Assembly: GCA_018304425.1 (NCBI GenBank)
Contig: JAGVWE010000004.1
Span: forward strand, 32,001-96,000
From: Candidatus Iainarchaeum sp.
Lineage (GTDB): Archaea; Iainarchaeota; Iainarchaeia; Iainarchaeales; UBA10219
Direction of reading: 5' to 3'
DNA length: 64,000 bases
Shown here: piece by piece, positions 47,524 to 57,336 of the stretch
Numbering within the stretch: position 1 is the stretch's first letter
Layout: each line of letters begins with the position of its first letter
Translations under genes and position numbers: made by a program
The notes under the pieces: generated by a model
The model's input: only the letters and a program-made list of their open reading frames with translations
The model's database searches: none
Told to the model about the DNA's origin: nothing

Positions 47524-48816
47524 TCATTGGGCGACGCCGTAGGCGACCAACCTCCACCGCTGCTGCTCCATCTTGCTGATGGCGACCTTCTGCCCCTTTT
47601 CCACGACAATCGGCATCTTCAACGCCAATTCCACCAGGTTCTTGTGCTTTTTCGCGACGTTCCCCACCATGGTCATCGTTCCAACCGTTATCACGAGCAA
47701 CTCGTTCGGCAGGATGTCGGTTGTCTTCTCGCCCACCAGCCGCTGCAACAAATGCACGTCCAGTTTCACGCTGTTCACGGGCGCGGGAAGCGTTCCAGGC
47801 TTTGCGATGACCTGGCCCCGCATCTGGTCGCTCCGCGTCAGGCCGGGGTCCAGGTTCGTGCCCAAGGCAATCAAGCCGCCCGGCCGCGCGGATTCCAGCA
47901 AGCCGTTCGCGACATCGATTTCTATTACCTTCGTCACGATGCTCTTCCCGTTGATGCCCGGGCTAATCTCAATCGAGTCGCCTTTCTTCACGGTTCCCTG
48001 CACGATGGAGCCGCCCAGCACGCCGCCCTTCATTTCCTCCGGGGAAATCCCCGGCTTGTTGACGTCGAAACTCCGCGCCGCGTACATCTTCAAGTCGAGT
48101 TTTTCGTCGAACTTCGGCGAAGGAATGTGTTCCTCGATGGCCTCAATCAGCAAGTCGATGTTGGTGTTGAAGTGAGCCGCCGTCGGAATGATGGGCGCGT
48201 TCTCGTAGCCGAACTCCTTCAAGAACTTCCTTATCTGGGCCTGGTTCTCCAACGCCTTTTCCTTGTCCACCAGGTCAATCTTGTTCTGCGCGACGACCAC
48301 GTTCTTCGTGCCCGACACGCTCAACGCCATCAGATGTTCCGCGGTCCGCGGCTGCGGCACGAACTCGTTGGCCGCGATGACCAGGATCGCGCCATGCATC
48401 AGCGCGGCGCCGCTCAACATGGTGGTCATCAGGGTTTCATGGCCCGGCGCGTCGATGAAGCTCACTTTCCGCAGCACCTTCGTCTTCCCCCCGCACACCC
48501 CACACGTTGCCTGCGTGGCATAGGCTTCCGAGCCCTTGCATTTCTCGCACTTCCGGAAAACCGCGTCCGCGTACCCCAACCGGATGGAGATGCCCTTCTT
48601 GAGCTCCTCGGAGTGGGTGTCCGTCCACTTCCCGGTCAAGGCCTTGGTCAAGGAGGTCTTGCCGTGGTCCACGTGCCCAATGAGGCCGAGGTTCACCTCG
48701 GCCTGTGTCTCGGCTCTTGCCTCGACCCCCGCCTCCGGCTCGCGCTTGTGGGCGGCCTCGTCCTTTGGCTTCGGCGACTCAGCCCTTGCCTTCTTCGCGG
48801 TTTCGGTTTTCTTCAT
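47524..48816 (-). CDS. eif2g: Translation initiation factor 2 gamma subunit
   Basis: GHVDHGKT, GISIRLGY, Zn knuckle, DAPGHE, NKID. Confidence 0.96.
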   Translation of the reverse strand: MKKTETAKKARAESPKPKDEAAHKREPEAGVEARAETQAEVNLGLIGHVDHGKTSLTKALTGKWTDTHSEELKKGISIRLGYADAVFRKCEKCKGSEAYATQATCGVCGGKTKVLRKVSFIDAPGHETLMTTMLSGAALMHGAILVIAANEFVPQPRTAEHLMALSVSGTKNVVVAQNKIDLVDKEKALENQAQIRKFLKEFGYENAPIIPTAAHFNTNIDLLIEAIEEHIPSPKFDEKLDLKMYAARSFDVNKPGISPEEMKGGVLGGSIVQGTVKKGDSIEISPGINGKSIVTKVIEIDVANGLLESARPGGLIALGTNLDPGLTRSDQMRGQVIAKPGTLPAPVNSVKLDVHLLQRLVGEKTTDILPNELLVITVGTMTMVGNVAKKHKNLVELALKMPIVVEKGQKVAISKMEQQRWRLVAYGVAQ

Positions 48817-48848
48817 CTGATTCCTTTCCCTGTTCCGTTCGCCTTTGC

Positions 48849-49343
48849 TCAGTGCTTGGGTTTCTTGATGCCGCCCTCGCCGGCCTCCCGCTCCTTCAGC
48901 ACCTCTTCCTTTGACCGCTCCACGTTCGCCATGGACTTGGCGATGAGTTCTTCCTTGGCCGACAACGCCTTTTCCTCGACCTTCACCTTGGGCATGAACT
49001 CCTCGAACGGCTTTGAACCGTGCTTCTTGACGGCCAGGTTCACCTGGGACGTTTCATTCGTGATGAGGTTGCCCCGGAACGCAATGCGCTGCCTCAACCC
49101 CTTCTTCTTGTCCAGCGTAACGAAAATCCTTCGCCTCGCCGCACCCTCCAGGTCCGGCTTGATGGGAAAGCCTTCCTTGTCGCTTCCCCCGGTGATGACC
49201 GCCGTATAGCCTTCGAAGCCCAGCGAGTCGAGGCTCACCTCTTCGCCGACCTTGTGGTTCAAGAAAAGGGCCGCGTCCTCCGCCTTGTGCGAAAACGCTT
49301 TCCCCGACTTTGGATCCGATATCACGATATTCAACTCATTCAC
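48849..49343 (-). CDS. rps6e: 30S ribosomal protein S6e
   Basis: ISDPKSG, ITGGSDKEGFP, RGN..QVN. Confidence 0.93.
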   Translation of the reverse strand: MNELNIVISDPKSGKAFSHKAEDAALFLNHKVGEEVSLDSLGFEGYTAVITGGSDKEGFPIKPDLEGAARRRIFVTLDKKKGLRQRIAFRGNLITNETSQVNLAVKKHGSKPFEEFMPKVKVEEKALSAKEELIAKSMANVERSKEEVLKEREAGEGGIKKPKH

Positions 49344-49367
49344 CTCGCATTAAACGCTCCTAAACCC

Positions 49368-51125
49368 TTACGCTTCTTCCTTGCCCTCCAACCCCATGAT
49401 TTCCGATACGAGTTCCAGCTCGGGCTGGCTCAAGACGGAACCCAGTTCAAGCAGTTCATGGAACTGCTTCCTCGGAATAACCGTGAACAACTCGTCTTTC
49501 TCGGAGAGGTTCCTGCCCATGGTGGCGCCCTCAATCGAGACCGCGACCTCCATGCCCTCCCGGGCCTCGCTCAAGGGCTTGCCCTCCAACTGGATGGCCG
49601 CGATTCGCCCAATCCGCTCCCCTTTCCCGTTCATGACGTCCACGTTGGCCCGGAGCCTGCCCGCCAACACCCTCACTCCCACCACTGCCGGCTTCGCGTT
49701 CCGGAACACGTGGTCGGGTAACAGCTTGACGCGGGCCGGCAAGACCAGGCGCTCCAGCTTTTCCTCGAGTGACTTGTTCTTCTGCTCGGCCTGCCACCTG
49801 TCATAGTCTTCCAGCAGCCGGTACACGACGTCGCCCTGGAAAATGGTCACGCCGCGCTTCCCGGCTTCTTCGAGGGCATCGGGCTTGGCCCCGGTGTGGA
49901 ACGCGAAAATCACGCCCTTCAAGGGCTCCTTTTCCTTGATGCCTTCCATCTCAATCACGTCGCGGCGCGAAATCTCGCCCACGTCGGCCTTCCGGATGCG
50001 GATGCCCTTGTCCTGCAACAACTTGATCAACGCCTCCAATGCGCCCAGGGTGTCGGCGCGTGCAATGGGCCCCAGGGAATCCGACTCGATCTTGACGTGC
50101 TGGATTTCGTCGGCCACTTCCTTCTCCTCGCGGCCATCCGTCTTCACGCGCAACGGCGAACCCGCCAAGGCCAGGTCCAGGCCCGGTGCCGCGATTTTCA
50201 CTCCCGCCGCGGCGTGCACGAAGGCAACGCTCTTGAACTTCTCTTGGGGCGCCCTTATTTCGTCCAAGGGCTTGGGCTCGAGCAGGGCCCGCACCTTGGC
50301 GGTAATCACGCCCTCCTTGCCGCCCAACACGATTTCATCGCCCACCCTAATCGTTCCATCGTAGAGGATGACGTCCACGGTCTTGCCCAGGCCCCGCTCC
50401 TCCTTGACTTCGAGGATGGTGCCCTTGCCCGGGCCCTCCACGTGGATGCTGAGCTCGTTTTCCATGAACTTCTGGCTCAACCCGGCCAGGAACATCAGCA
50501 CCTCGGGGAGGCCCTCGCCGCTCTTCGCGCACACCGGGACAATCGGCACTTCCTTGGTGAACTCGCGGATGCGGTCAAAGCGCTCGCTGCGGAAGCCGTG
50601 CGCGTGCAGTTGCCCGACGATCTCGTACACCTTGCGGTCCAATTCCTCGACGACGTCCGCACTCTGCTCCTTCACGTTGTTCGAAAACGATTCCCGCTTC
50701 GTCTGCCAGCCCCGGATGGCGTCAATCTTGTTGGCCACGCAGACAAAGGGAACCTTGAACGAGCGCAGGATGTCAATCGCTTCCACCGTCTGCTTTTCCA
50801 GGCCCCGGTTGACGTCAATGACCACCACGGCAAGGTCCGCGATGCTGCCCCCGCGCTTCCGCAGGTTGCTGAAAGCCTCATGCCCCGGCGTGTCAATGAA
50901 CAACAGGCCCGGCAACGTGATGTGGAACCCATATCTTTCCAGGAGGCCGCCCGCGATTCTCCGCACGACTTCAATCGGTACTTCCGTGGCCCCGATGTGC
51001 TGGGTGATGCCGCCAGCCTCTTTTTCCGCGATGGCCGTTCCCCTGATCGTGTCCAGCAACTTGGTCTTGCCCGCGTCCACGTGGCCCAACACCGTGATAA
51101 TGGGTTTACGGATTTGTTTTTCCAT
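49368..51125 (-). CDS. infB: Translation initiation factor aIF5B (IF-2)
   Basis: GHVDAGKT, GGITQHIGA, DTPGHEAF, NKID. Confidence 0.96.
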   Translation of the reverse strand: MEKQIRKPIITVLGHVDAGKTKLLDTIRGTAIAEKEAGGITQHIGATEVPIEVVRRIAGGLLERYGFHITLPGLLFIDTPGHEAFSNLRKRGGSIADLAVVVIDVNRGLEKQTVEAIDILRSFKVPFVCVANKIDAIRGWQTKRESFSNNVKEQSADVVEELDRKVYEIVGQLHAHGFRSERFDRIREFTKEVPIVPVCAKSGEGLPEVLMFLAGLSQKFMENELSIHVEGPGKGTILEVKEERGLGKTVDVILYDGTIRVGDEIVLGGKEGVITAKVRALLEPKPLDEIRAPQEKFKSVAFVHAAAGVKIAAPGLDLALAGSPLRVKTDGREEKEVADEIQHVKIESDSLGPIARADTLGALEALIKLLQDKGIRIRKADVGEISRRDVIEMEGIKEKEPLKGVIFAFHTGAKPDALEEAGKRGVTIFQGDVVYRLLEDYDRWQAEQKNKSLEEKLERLVLPARVKLLPDHVFRNAKPAVVGVRVLAGRLRANVDVMNGKGERIGRIAAIQLEGKPLSEAREGMEVAVSIEGATMGRNLSEKDELFTVIPRKQFHELLELGSVLSQPELELVSEIMGLEGKEEA

Positions 51126-51164
51126 TGCCACCACAACCGTTGCCTGCACGCCCAGCAAACCCCC

Positions 51165-51602
51165 TCAATGCAATCCCGTGGAACCGAAACCCGACTCGTT
51201 GCGCGTCGTGGCCTCCAGTTCGCTTACTTCGGTTACCTCGGCTTGTTCCACGCGCGCCAGCACGAGTTGCGCGATTTTCTTCCCCTTTTCGGCCTTGAAC
51301 GGGCGCTCCCCGTGGTTGATGACAATGACCCCTATCTCGCCGCGGTAGCCCGCGTCAATCGTGCCCGGCGCGTTCAACACCGTGATGCCTTCCTTCAAGG
51401 CCAGGCCGCTCTTCGGCCGCACCTGGGCCTCGAAGCCCTTTGGCACCGCAATCTTCAAGCCGGTGGGCACGAGCCTGCGCTGGCCCGGCTTTATTTCACA
51501 GGACTCCGTGGCATACAAGTCCAGGCCGGAATCGCCTTCGTGCTCGTAGGCAGGCAGCCTTGCGTCCGCGGAAACCCTTTTCACGAGCAGTTTGATTCCC
51601 AT
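51165..51602 (-). CDS. dut: Trimeric dUTPase
   Basis: SGLDL, RPKSGLA, GTIDAGYRGE, IAQLV, GFGSTG. Confidence 0.95.
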   Translation of the reverse strand: MGIKLLVKRVSADARLPAYEHEGDSGLDLYATESCEIKPGQRRLVPTGLKIAVPKGFEAQVRPKSGLALKEGITVLNAPGTIDAGYRGEIGVIVINHGERPFKAEKGKKIAQLVLARVEQAEVTEVSELEATTRNESGFGSTGLH

Positions 51603-51618
51603 CGCCTTCCAGTAGCCT

Positions 51619-52089
51619 TCACGCCTTCTTCTCTTCTTCCGAGTACAACCAGTCCAGGCTCATCAACGGATAGGCATGCAACTCGCTTTCCTTGAAGAAC
51701 CGCTTGATTTCCTTTTCGGCTTCTTCCTTGGACCCCGAGGCATGGATGAGGTTCTGCTGGTGGCTCATCGAAAAATCCCCTCGAATGCTGCCCATGTCCG
51801 CCTTTCTCCCCGAGGTAGCGCCCACCATCTTGCGCACGACTTCCACGGCCTCCACCCCTTCCAAGGCGATGACCACGCAGGGAATCGAGGCCATGTATTT
51901 CACGAGGCCCTGGAAGAACGGCTTGTCCTTGTGGTGCGCGTAGTGCTCTTCCAGTTTGGTGGGCGCCAGGCGCTCCATCTTGAGGCCAATGACCCTGAAC
52001 CCCTTGTTCTCAAAGCGCTTGAGGATTTCCCCCATGAGGCCGCGGTTGACGGCATCCGGCTTCAGGATGACACAGGTCCGTTCCATCAC
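51619..52089 (-). CDS. ndk: Nucleoside diphosphate kinase
   Basis: LKPDAV, GSIRGDF, NLIHAS. Confidence 0.95.
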   Translation of the reverse strand: MMERTCVILKPDAVNRGLMGEILKRFENKGFRVIGLKMERLAPTKLEEHYAHHKDKPFFQGLVKYMASIPCVVIALEGVEAVEVVRKMVGATSGRKADMGSIRGDFSMSHQQNLIHASGSKEEAEKEIKRFFKESELHAYPLMSLDWLYSEEEKKA

Positions 52090-52346
52090 GCCTCGACCTC
52101 CTTCGCCTTCTTCTCCTCTTTCAGGACGTCCCGGTCGGCTCCCTTCAAGGCCTTGCCCCGGTCGTGGGACACCTTGATCTGGTGGTATCTACTCGTCCAC
52201 TTGGTCTTGCGCCGGCTCCGGCCCAGCTTCAACGCGTTTTTCTCGCATTTCTTGGCGCAGAAGTGGAACACCGTGGCATCCTTTTTCACGTACATGAAGC
52301 CGGTGCCCTTCTGAATTTCCCTTCCACAAAACGAACACGTCGACAT
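52086..52346 (-). CDS. rpl24e: 50S ribosomal protein L24e
   Basis: CSFCG..GTG.MYV..FC..KC..KWT. Confidence 0.94.
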   Translation of the reverse strand: MSTCSFCGREIQKGTGFMYVKKDATVFHFCAKKCEKNALKLGRSRRKTKWTSRYHQIKVSHDRGKALKGADRDVLKEEKKAKEVEA

Positions 52347-52362
52347 TTTTTCACCCGTGCAC

Positions 52363-52575
52363 TTACCTTGCCCTGATTTCCTTGGCCTCGCGCTCGGTGT
52401 TCAAGAGGATCACGACATCGCCTTTCTTGATGTTTCCCTTGACGTTCCGCCGCTTGACCCGGCCCTTTTCCGGGCCGTCCAGAATCTTGCACAGCACCTG
52501 GATGATTTCGCCGTAGACTCCCGTGCGCTGCACGATTTCCACGACTTCCGCGGGGGTTCCCCTTTCAGTTGCCAT
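52363..52575 (-). CDS. rps28e: 30S ribosomal protein S28e
   Basis: RTGVYGE, RNVKG, TEREA. Confidence 0.94.
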   Translation of the reverse strand: MATERGTPAEVVEIVQRTGVYGEIIQVLCKILDGPEKGRVKRRNVKGNIKKGDVVILLNTEREAKEIRAR

Positions 52576-52585
52576 GTGCCTTCAC

Positions 52586-52954
52586 CTACTTCCTCAACTC
52601 GCTGAGTTTCTTGACGACGTCATCCAATTCCTTCTTGGCGTCGCCTTCCTCGGCGATTGCAACGGCCGTGGTCGAGACGCCGATGCCGGACTTCTCGCCG
52701 AGCTCCTTGCGCGTCGGCACAAAGCCGAACGGCACGTTTTTCTCCGCGCACAACAACGGCAAATGCATCATGATTTCAGGGGGAGAAACGTCTTCCGCCA
52801 TCACCACGAGCTTGGCCTTCTGGCGCTCAATGGCCTTCGTGACCTCGTTGCTGCCAATCCGGAGCTTGCCGCCCTTCCTCGCCTTTTCCACGAGGCCGAG
52901 GCAACGCTCTGCCAGTTCCTTTGGAACGCTGAACTTAACGTATTCTGCCATCAA
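52586..52954 (-). CDS. rpl7ae: 50S ribosomal protein L7Ae
   Basis: GSNEVTKAIER, AEDVSPPEI..HLP.LC. Confidence 0.96.
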   Translation of the reverse strand: MMAEYVKFSVPKELAERCLGLVEKARKGGKLRIGSNEVTKAIERQKAKLVVMAEDVSPPEIMMHLPLLCAEKNVPFGFVPTRKELGEKSGIGVSTTAVAIAEEGDAKKELDDVVKKLSELRK

Positions 52955-52969
52955 CGCACACCTCCAGTT

Positions 52970-53045
52970 TCACAGCCCATTCAGGCAAGCACTCCCTCGC
53001 CCTTTCAAGGGCTCGGGACTCGCCCTGCTGGGCTCGCTGTCATAG
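52970..53045 (-). promoter_or_regulatory. Structured 5' leader of rpl7ae
   Basis: Long imperfect hairpin (AGCCCA/TGGGCT, CAGG..GCGAGT/GCTTGCCTG, GCCCT/AGGGC with tandem GA) just before the GGAGGTG SD. Confidence 0.5.
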
Positions 53046-53244
53046 GCAAAATAGAGCGCCCACCTTTCAGCCGAACGCTTAAAAAACTATTTTGGGTGGG
53101 TTGCCCAAAAGGGCCAAAACCACATAGTATAACCCCCACGGCAAGGCTTTTAAAGGTCTCGGTGAAGCCTTTCAAACCCCTCTGGGCCTTCGGCCAAAAG
53201 GACGGGCAAAAGCCATTTATAGGTCTGCGCCCCTATTCTATTGC

Positions 53245-53778
53245 ATGCTTAAAGCGATTCGAAGGGCTGGACAAACCCTTTGGTCTGCCGGGAAGCGGGT
53301 GGCCTGGAAAGCCTACACCGGCCTCGGTGGAAGGGACCGGCGGAAGCACTTGGAGGTCCGCCGCACCAATTTCCATCCCATGGAAGAATCAGGCCAACAT
53401 GGCCGCCTCATGCCAGGGCAGGTTGTTGCCCTGGAAGCAGGCCCGAAACGTTATGCCTTGCAGCAATCCTATCCAAGGGCTTTCCTTGCTTCCAAGCCAA
53501 GCAAGGACCCCAACCTCGAACTGATTGGCGTGGCCACCATTCCACGAAAAATAAGGAAAAGCGGTTCCCGGGCCGCTGAGGAGCCATTTCCGCCTTCCAG
53601 GGAACTAACCGAATGGGACGTGCCCGAAGAATTCCGGGAATTGTTTCGCGCGTTTGCCACCGAATTGGGTGGCTTGGCGCAAATCCAGGCCTTTGGCCCG
53701 GCAAGTTCTTTCCGCATGCCGCAAGTAAAAGGGCCCGTGCGAAGGATTTACTACTACGTTGACCGCCGCCGTGACTAG
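53245..53778 (+). CDS. Orphan protein with basic N-terminus
   Basis: 177 aa, MLKAIRRAGQTLWSAGKRVAWK; TTTATA about 24 nt upstream. Confidence 0.65.
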   Translation: MLKAIRRAGQTLWSAGKRVAWKAYTGLGGRDRRKHLEVRRTNFHPMEESGQHGRLMPGQVVALEAGPKRYALQQSYPRAFLASKPSKDPNLELIGVATIPRKIRKSGSRAAEEPFPPSRELTEWDVPEEFRELFRAFATELGGLAQIQAFGPASSFRMPQVKGPVRRIYYYVDRRRD

Positions 53779-53840
53779 AAAAACGGGAAAACCCCCAGAC
53801 CCGCAACCTTTTTAAGAAGCACCTGGTATTACTTAGTGAT

Positions 53841-54134
53841 ATGGAGCACGTGAGCATTAAACTGGATTCGGCCATCGCCAGGCAGATTGAGCGGGCTCTG
53901 GGCGAATTCAATTATACCACGAAAACGGAGTTCATCCGGGACGCCATCCGGGGCAAGCTGAAGGAATTGGACGGGGAGCGCCGGAAGGCGAAGGCCGAGC
54001 GGGCCCTGTTGGCCGCCTACGGCTCGCTGAAGGGCCAGAGCAAGGCGAAGACGGACGAGGAATGGCGCGCGCTGAAGCTTAAGGCATGGGATGAGTTCAA
54101 TCGGAGGCGGGAACAACAAACTAATCGAAAATGA
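53841..54134 (+). CDS. Ribbon-helix-helix (CopG-like) protein, probable antitoxin
   Basis: VSIKLD...IE...YTTKTEFIRDAIR. Confidence 0.8.
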   Translation: MEHVSIKLDSAIARQIERALGEFNYTTKTEFIRDAIRGKLKELDGERRKAKAERALLAAYGSLKGQSKAKTDEEWRALKLKAWDEFNRRREQQTNRK

Positions 54135-54543
54135 TTTCCTCCGGTTTCCTGACTTCCACCACGTCCCGCAGGCATTCAAAGCCGTGGTCTCTCGCCACCA
54201 GCACCGCACCGTTGTCCCGCGCGACGATGGCGTGCGTGAGGTCGGATTCATGGGATTCTGTCCGCGTCTGCGCCAGCTCTCTTGCTTCGGCCCGTTGCTC
54301 GTCCGAAATCTCGACTCGAATCAGCGCTTCTTCGAAGGCGGAAAACGCTTGCTGGATTCGTTCCATGGAATAACCTTGCCGTAATTCGTCTACGGTTAGA
54401 TCGGAATAAAGGATTTTATGTCCTCGTGCCAGGCAGGCCTGGATAAAGCTGAACGCCAATTCCCCCAGTGGCCGGATATTGTCCCTTCGGTCGCCAAGGT
54501 AATCCCACCAGATGGAAGTATCCAAGTAAAACCGTTTCGCCAC
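54121..54543 (-). CDS. vapC: PIN-domain VapC-like nuclease
   Basis: YLDTSIW, VDEL, DLTHAIVA, LVARDHGF. Confidence 0.85.
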   Translation of the reverse strand: MAKRFYLDTSIWWDYLGDRRDNIRPLGELAFSFIQACLARGHKILYSDLTVDELRQGYSMERIQQAFSAFEEALIRVEISDEQRAEARELAQTRTESHESDLTHAIVARDNGAVLVARDHGFECLRDVVEVRKPEEIIFD

Positions 54544-54608
54544 GCCTAAACAAGCACCCAAAAGCCTTAACTAATTTTCGTCGATTGACGAATATTCTGG
54601 TATCGGGC

Positions 54609-56276
54609 TCACTCGTGCGTGAACCAAACATTAGTCAGGCTCTTTCCCTGTTCGTCCACGCGGACGAAACCGAACTTGTCAAAGTAGGCGCGCTCGCCGG
54701 GCTTCTTCCAGGCCAGCCGCGATTCTGCGACGCCGTGCCTGACCGAGGCATCGGCCATCTTGACCGCGACGGCCGTGGCCCCGCCGTCCACTAGCCAGTT
54801 CAAGCCCACGATTTTCGGGTCCACGCCGCCGGCCACGGCTTCGCCTGCCGCTTTTTTTCCGTCAAACGAGGCCAGTTTGACGTTGAACGCGTTCTTGAGC
54901 CTGAATACCGCGCCGGGCTTGAGTTTGCCCAGGGGCTTTCCCGCCACCCAGAACTTCTGCGCCCCTGCGGCCAGCGTCGCTTTTTCGGCCCCGCCCACAG
55001 GCGCGTTCTTCACGGTCAACTCCACGGGCTCCGCAACGAACGTCATCCGCTCGCTTTCCGCTTCGATGTACTTCTTGTTGTAGTCGATGAGCTTGCTCAT
55101 GGAAATCGTGGCGTCGTTGGGGGCCACGCCCACTTCCATCAGCACGTCCTTCAACGCGCGCGCGTCGAACCCGCGCCGCCGCAGGGCGCGGATGGTGCCC
55201 AGGCGCGGATCCTCCCATCCCTCAAACCTTCCCTCCTCGATGCCCTTCTTGATGTCGCTCTTGGACAGGATGATGCCCTCGAGCTTGAGCCGGCCCGTGT
55301 GAAAGGCGTGGGGGAACCTCCACCCAAAGTAATCGTAGAGGAACCGCTGTTTGGTCACGTTCTGGGAGTGCTCCTGGCCCCGGATAATCAGCGTTACCCC
55401 CATTTCGTGGTCGTCCACGCTGTTCTGGAACATGAAGCTCGGCCACACGTGCACCTTCTTCTTCATCCGGTTGTGCTCGGGTTCGTCCACGCACCGGGCC
55501 AGCCACCAGTCGCGCACGCTGGGGTCCGGGTGGTTGAGGTCGGTCTTCAACCGCAAAACGTACTCGCCTTCCTTGGCCTCGTTGGACACCATTTTCTCGA
55601 ATATCCGCAGGGTTTCCGCCGGCTTTTGCGCCCGGCACGGGCACGCCGTCTTCTCCTCAATCAGCTTCCGCCAGGCCCCGCTCTCGCAGTTGCAGGCATA
55701 GGCTTTTCCCCTGTCGATGAGCTTTCGCAGGTAATCATAGTACAAGTCGAACCGTTGGCTGGCCCAGAAGACTTCGTCGGGCACGCATTCCAGCCACTTC
55801 AAGTCCTCCAGGAAAAGCCGTTCCGCGTTCTCGATGGGTTTCTTGATTTTCGCGTCGGTGTCCTCGAACCGCAAAATGAATCGGCCGCCGTATTTCTTGG
55901 CGTAGGCGTAGGACATGTAGGCTGCCCGCAGGTTTCCCAGGTGGAAGGGCCCGTTGGGGTTCGGCGCGAACCGGGTCACCACGGACTCCGCGTTCGGGCC
56001 CTCTGCCCACTCGAGGCTGAGCAGCCCGATTTCCTTCTGCTTGGGCCTGAGCTCCCATCCTTCTTGGTCGAACCGGTCGAACTCGGCTTTCAGCTTGGCC
56101 GCCGGCAAGGCGTTTGCTTCCTTGACCGCGGCCTGGACGTCTTTCACGAGGTCCTTAACGTCCTTGTCCGGGTAGAGGGCCTTGGCCTTCCCGATGACGG
56201 CCCCCGCATCCGCTTTTCCGCCGTGCTGGAACGCGTTCTTGACCGCGTACCGGTAGGCATCCTCTCGTACGCCCAT
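54609..56276 (-). CDS. gltX: Glutamate--tRNA ligase (archaeal)
   Basis: TRFAPNPNG, HLGN, LRFEDTD, ILSKS, GWEDPRLGT. Confidence 0.95.
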   Translation of the reverse strand: MGVREDAYRYAVKNAFQHGGKADAGAVIGKAKALYPDKDVKDLVKDVQAAVKEANALPAAKLKAEFDRFDQEGWELRPKQKEIGLLSLEWAEGPNAESVVTRFAPNPNGPFHLGNLRAAYMSYAYAKKYGGRFILRFEDTDAKIKKPIENAERLFLEDLKWLECVPDEVFWASQRFDLYYDYLRKLIDRGKAYACNCESGAWRKLIEEKTACPCRAQKPAETLRIFEKMVSNEAKEGEYVLRLKTDLNHPDPSVRDWWLARCVDEPEHNRMKKKVHVWPSFMFQNSVDDHEMGVTLIIRGQEHSQNVTKQRFLYDYFGWRFPHAFHTGRLKLEGIILSKSDIKKGIEEGRFEGWEDPRLGTIRALRRRGFDARALKDVLMEVGVAPNDATISMSKLIDYNKKYIEAESERMTFVAEPVELTVKNAPVGGAEKATLAAGAQKFWVAGKPLGKLKPGAVFRLKNAFNVKLASFDGKKAAGEAVAGGVDPKIVGLNWLVDGGATAVAVKMADASVRHGVAESRLAWKKPGERAYFDKFGFVRVDEQGKSLTNVWFTHE

Positions 56277-56353
56277 GAAATAGAAGGGGCTACTAGGGTT
56301 TTTAAAGGGTTTTAGCCCCTGAACCGGGGTTAGGGGTTTCACGCCCGAAATCG

Positions 56354-57121
56354 TCAGTGCTTGGGCTGTGTGGCCTTGCTCCAGCACGCGTCAAAGTAGT
56401 GGTTCAAGGCGGTTGCCATGGGCTTGTTGTTGTTCCAAATCGTGAAATGGTATTCCGGCCGGTCCTGGGCGAAGTCCGAGAGGGCGAGGATGACCTTTTT
56501 CCCGTCAATCAGGTAAGCGTGCATGCCGTGCTCGAGTTCCCGCAGGTCGACTCCTGCTTCCGAGTACTCCTTGGCCAGCTTCCGCACTTCGTTCGGGATT
56601 TTGCTGATGAGCTTCACTTTCACGTTCTTCTTGGCCGCGTTCTTGATGGCATCGCGCAGGTGCGCGTGCTCCCGGTCCAGGCCCGTGAACGCGACCACTT
56701 GTTCCTTGGCCTGGTCGATTTCCTGGGCAAGAATCCGCATGAAGTCAAACTTGTCCTTGACCTTCATGACTCTCTCGCTTGCCTCGTCCCCTCCATTGGT
56801 GATGGAGAGCAGTTCCTTGACCTGGTTGGCTTTTTGCTCGAGTTCGCTGATTTCAGACTTTTTCTGGGAGATTAGTTCGCCGAACACGGTTTCCGCGTCC
56901 ACGACGCGGTACTTCTTCGGCCGCCCATAGATTTCAATCACGAGCTTCCGCTTGGTCAGCCGGTCCAGCACGTCGTAGACCCTGGTCTTCGGCACTTGTG
57001 CAATCCGCGAGACTTCGGGTGCCTCGCTTTCGCGGAGCTTGAATAGCGCGGTCAAGGTCTTGGCCTCGTATTCCGTGAGCCCAAGCTGTTCCAGCAATGC
57101 GTTTACCTCGGCTTCATTCAT
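56354..57121 (-). CDS. TrmB-family transcriptional regulator
   Basis: LGLTEYEAK, VPKTRVYDVL, GRPKKY, C-terminal effector-binding/PLD-like domain. Confidence 0.9.
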   Translation of the reverse strand: MNEAEVNALLEQLGLTEYEAKTLTALFKLRESEAPEVSRIAQVPKTRVYDVLDRLTKRKLVIEIYGRPKKYRVVDAETVFGELISQKKSEISELEQKANQVKELLSITNGGDEASERVMKVKDKFDFMRILAQEIDQAKEQVVAFTGLDREHAHLRDAIKNAAKKNVKVKLISKIPNEVRKLAKEYSEAGVDLRELEHGMHAYLIDGKKVILALSDFAQDRPEYHFTIWNNNKPMATALNHYFDACWSKATQPKH

Positions 57122-57336
57122 GCAACCCCAACCTTTGGCGAGGAACCAATAATATATATAGGGCCCTAGGATATATATAAATTTACTGCTTCGAGTGAAT
57201 AAATAAGCCCATTTTTAGCCTTTCTGGGCCTCTTTTAAGCCATTTAATGGCAGAACAAGCTAGGAGGCCCTTTATTTAACCAAAAAAAGTTAATTGGGGG
57301 GGTTTAAGCCAATGGCAGGCAATTCCGGGGCTGGCC

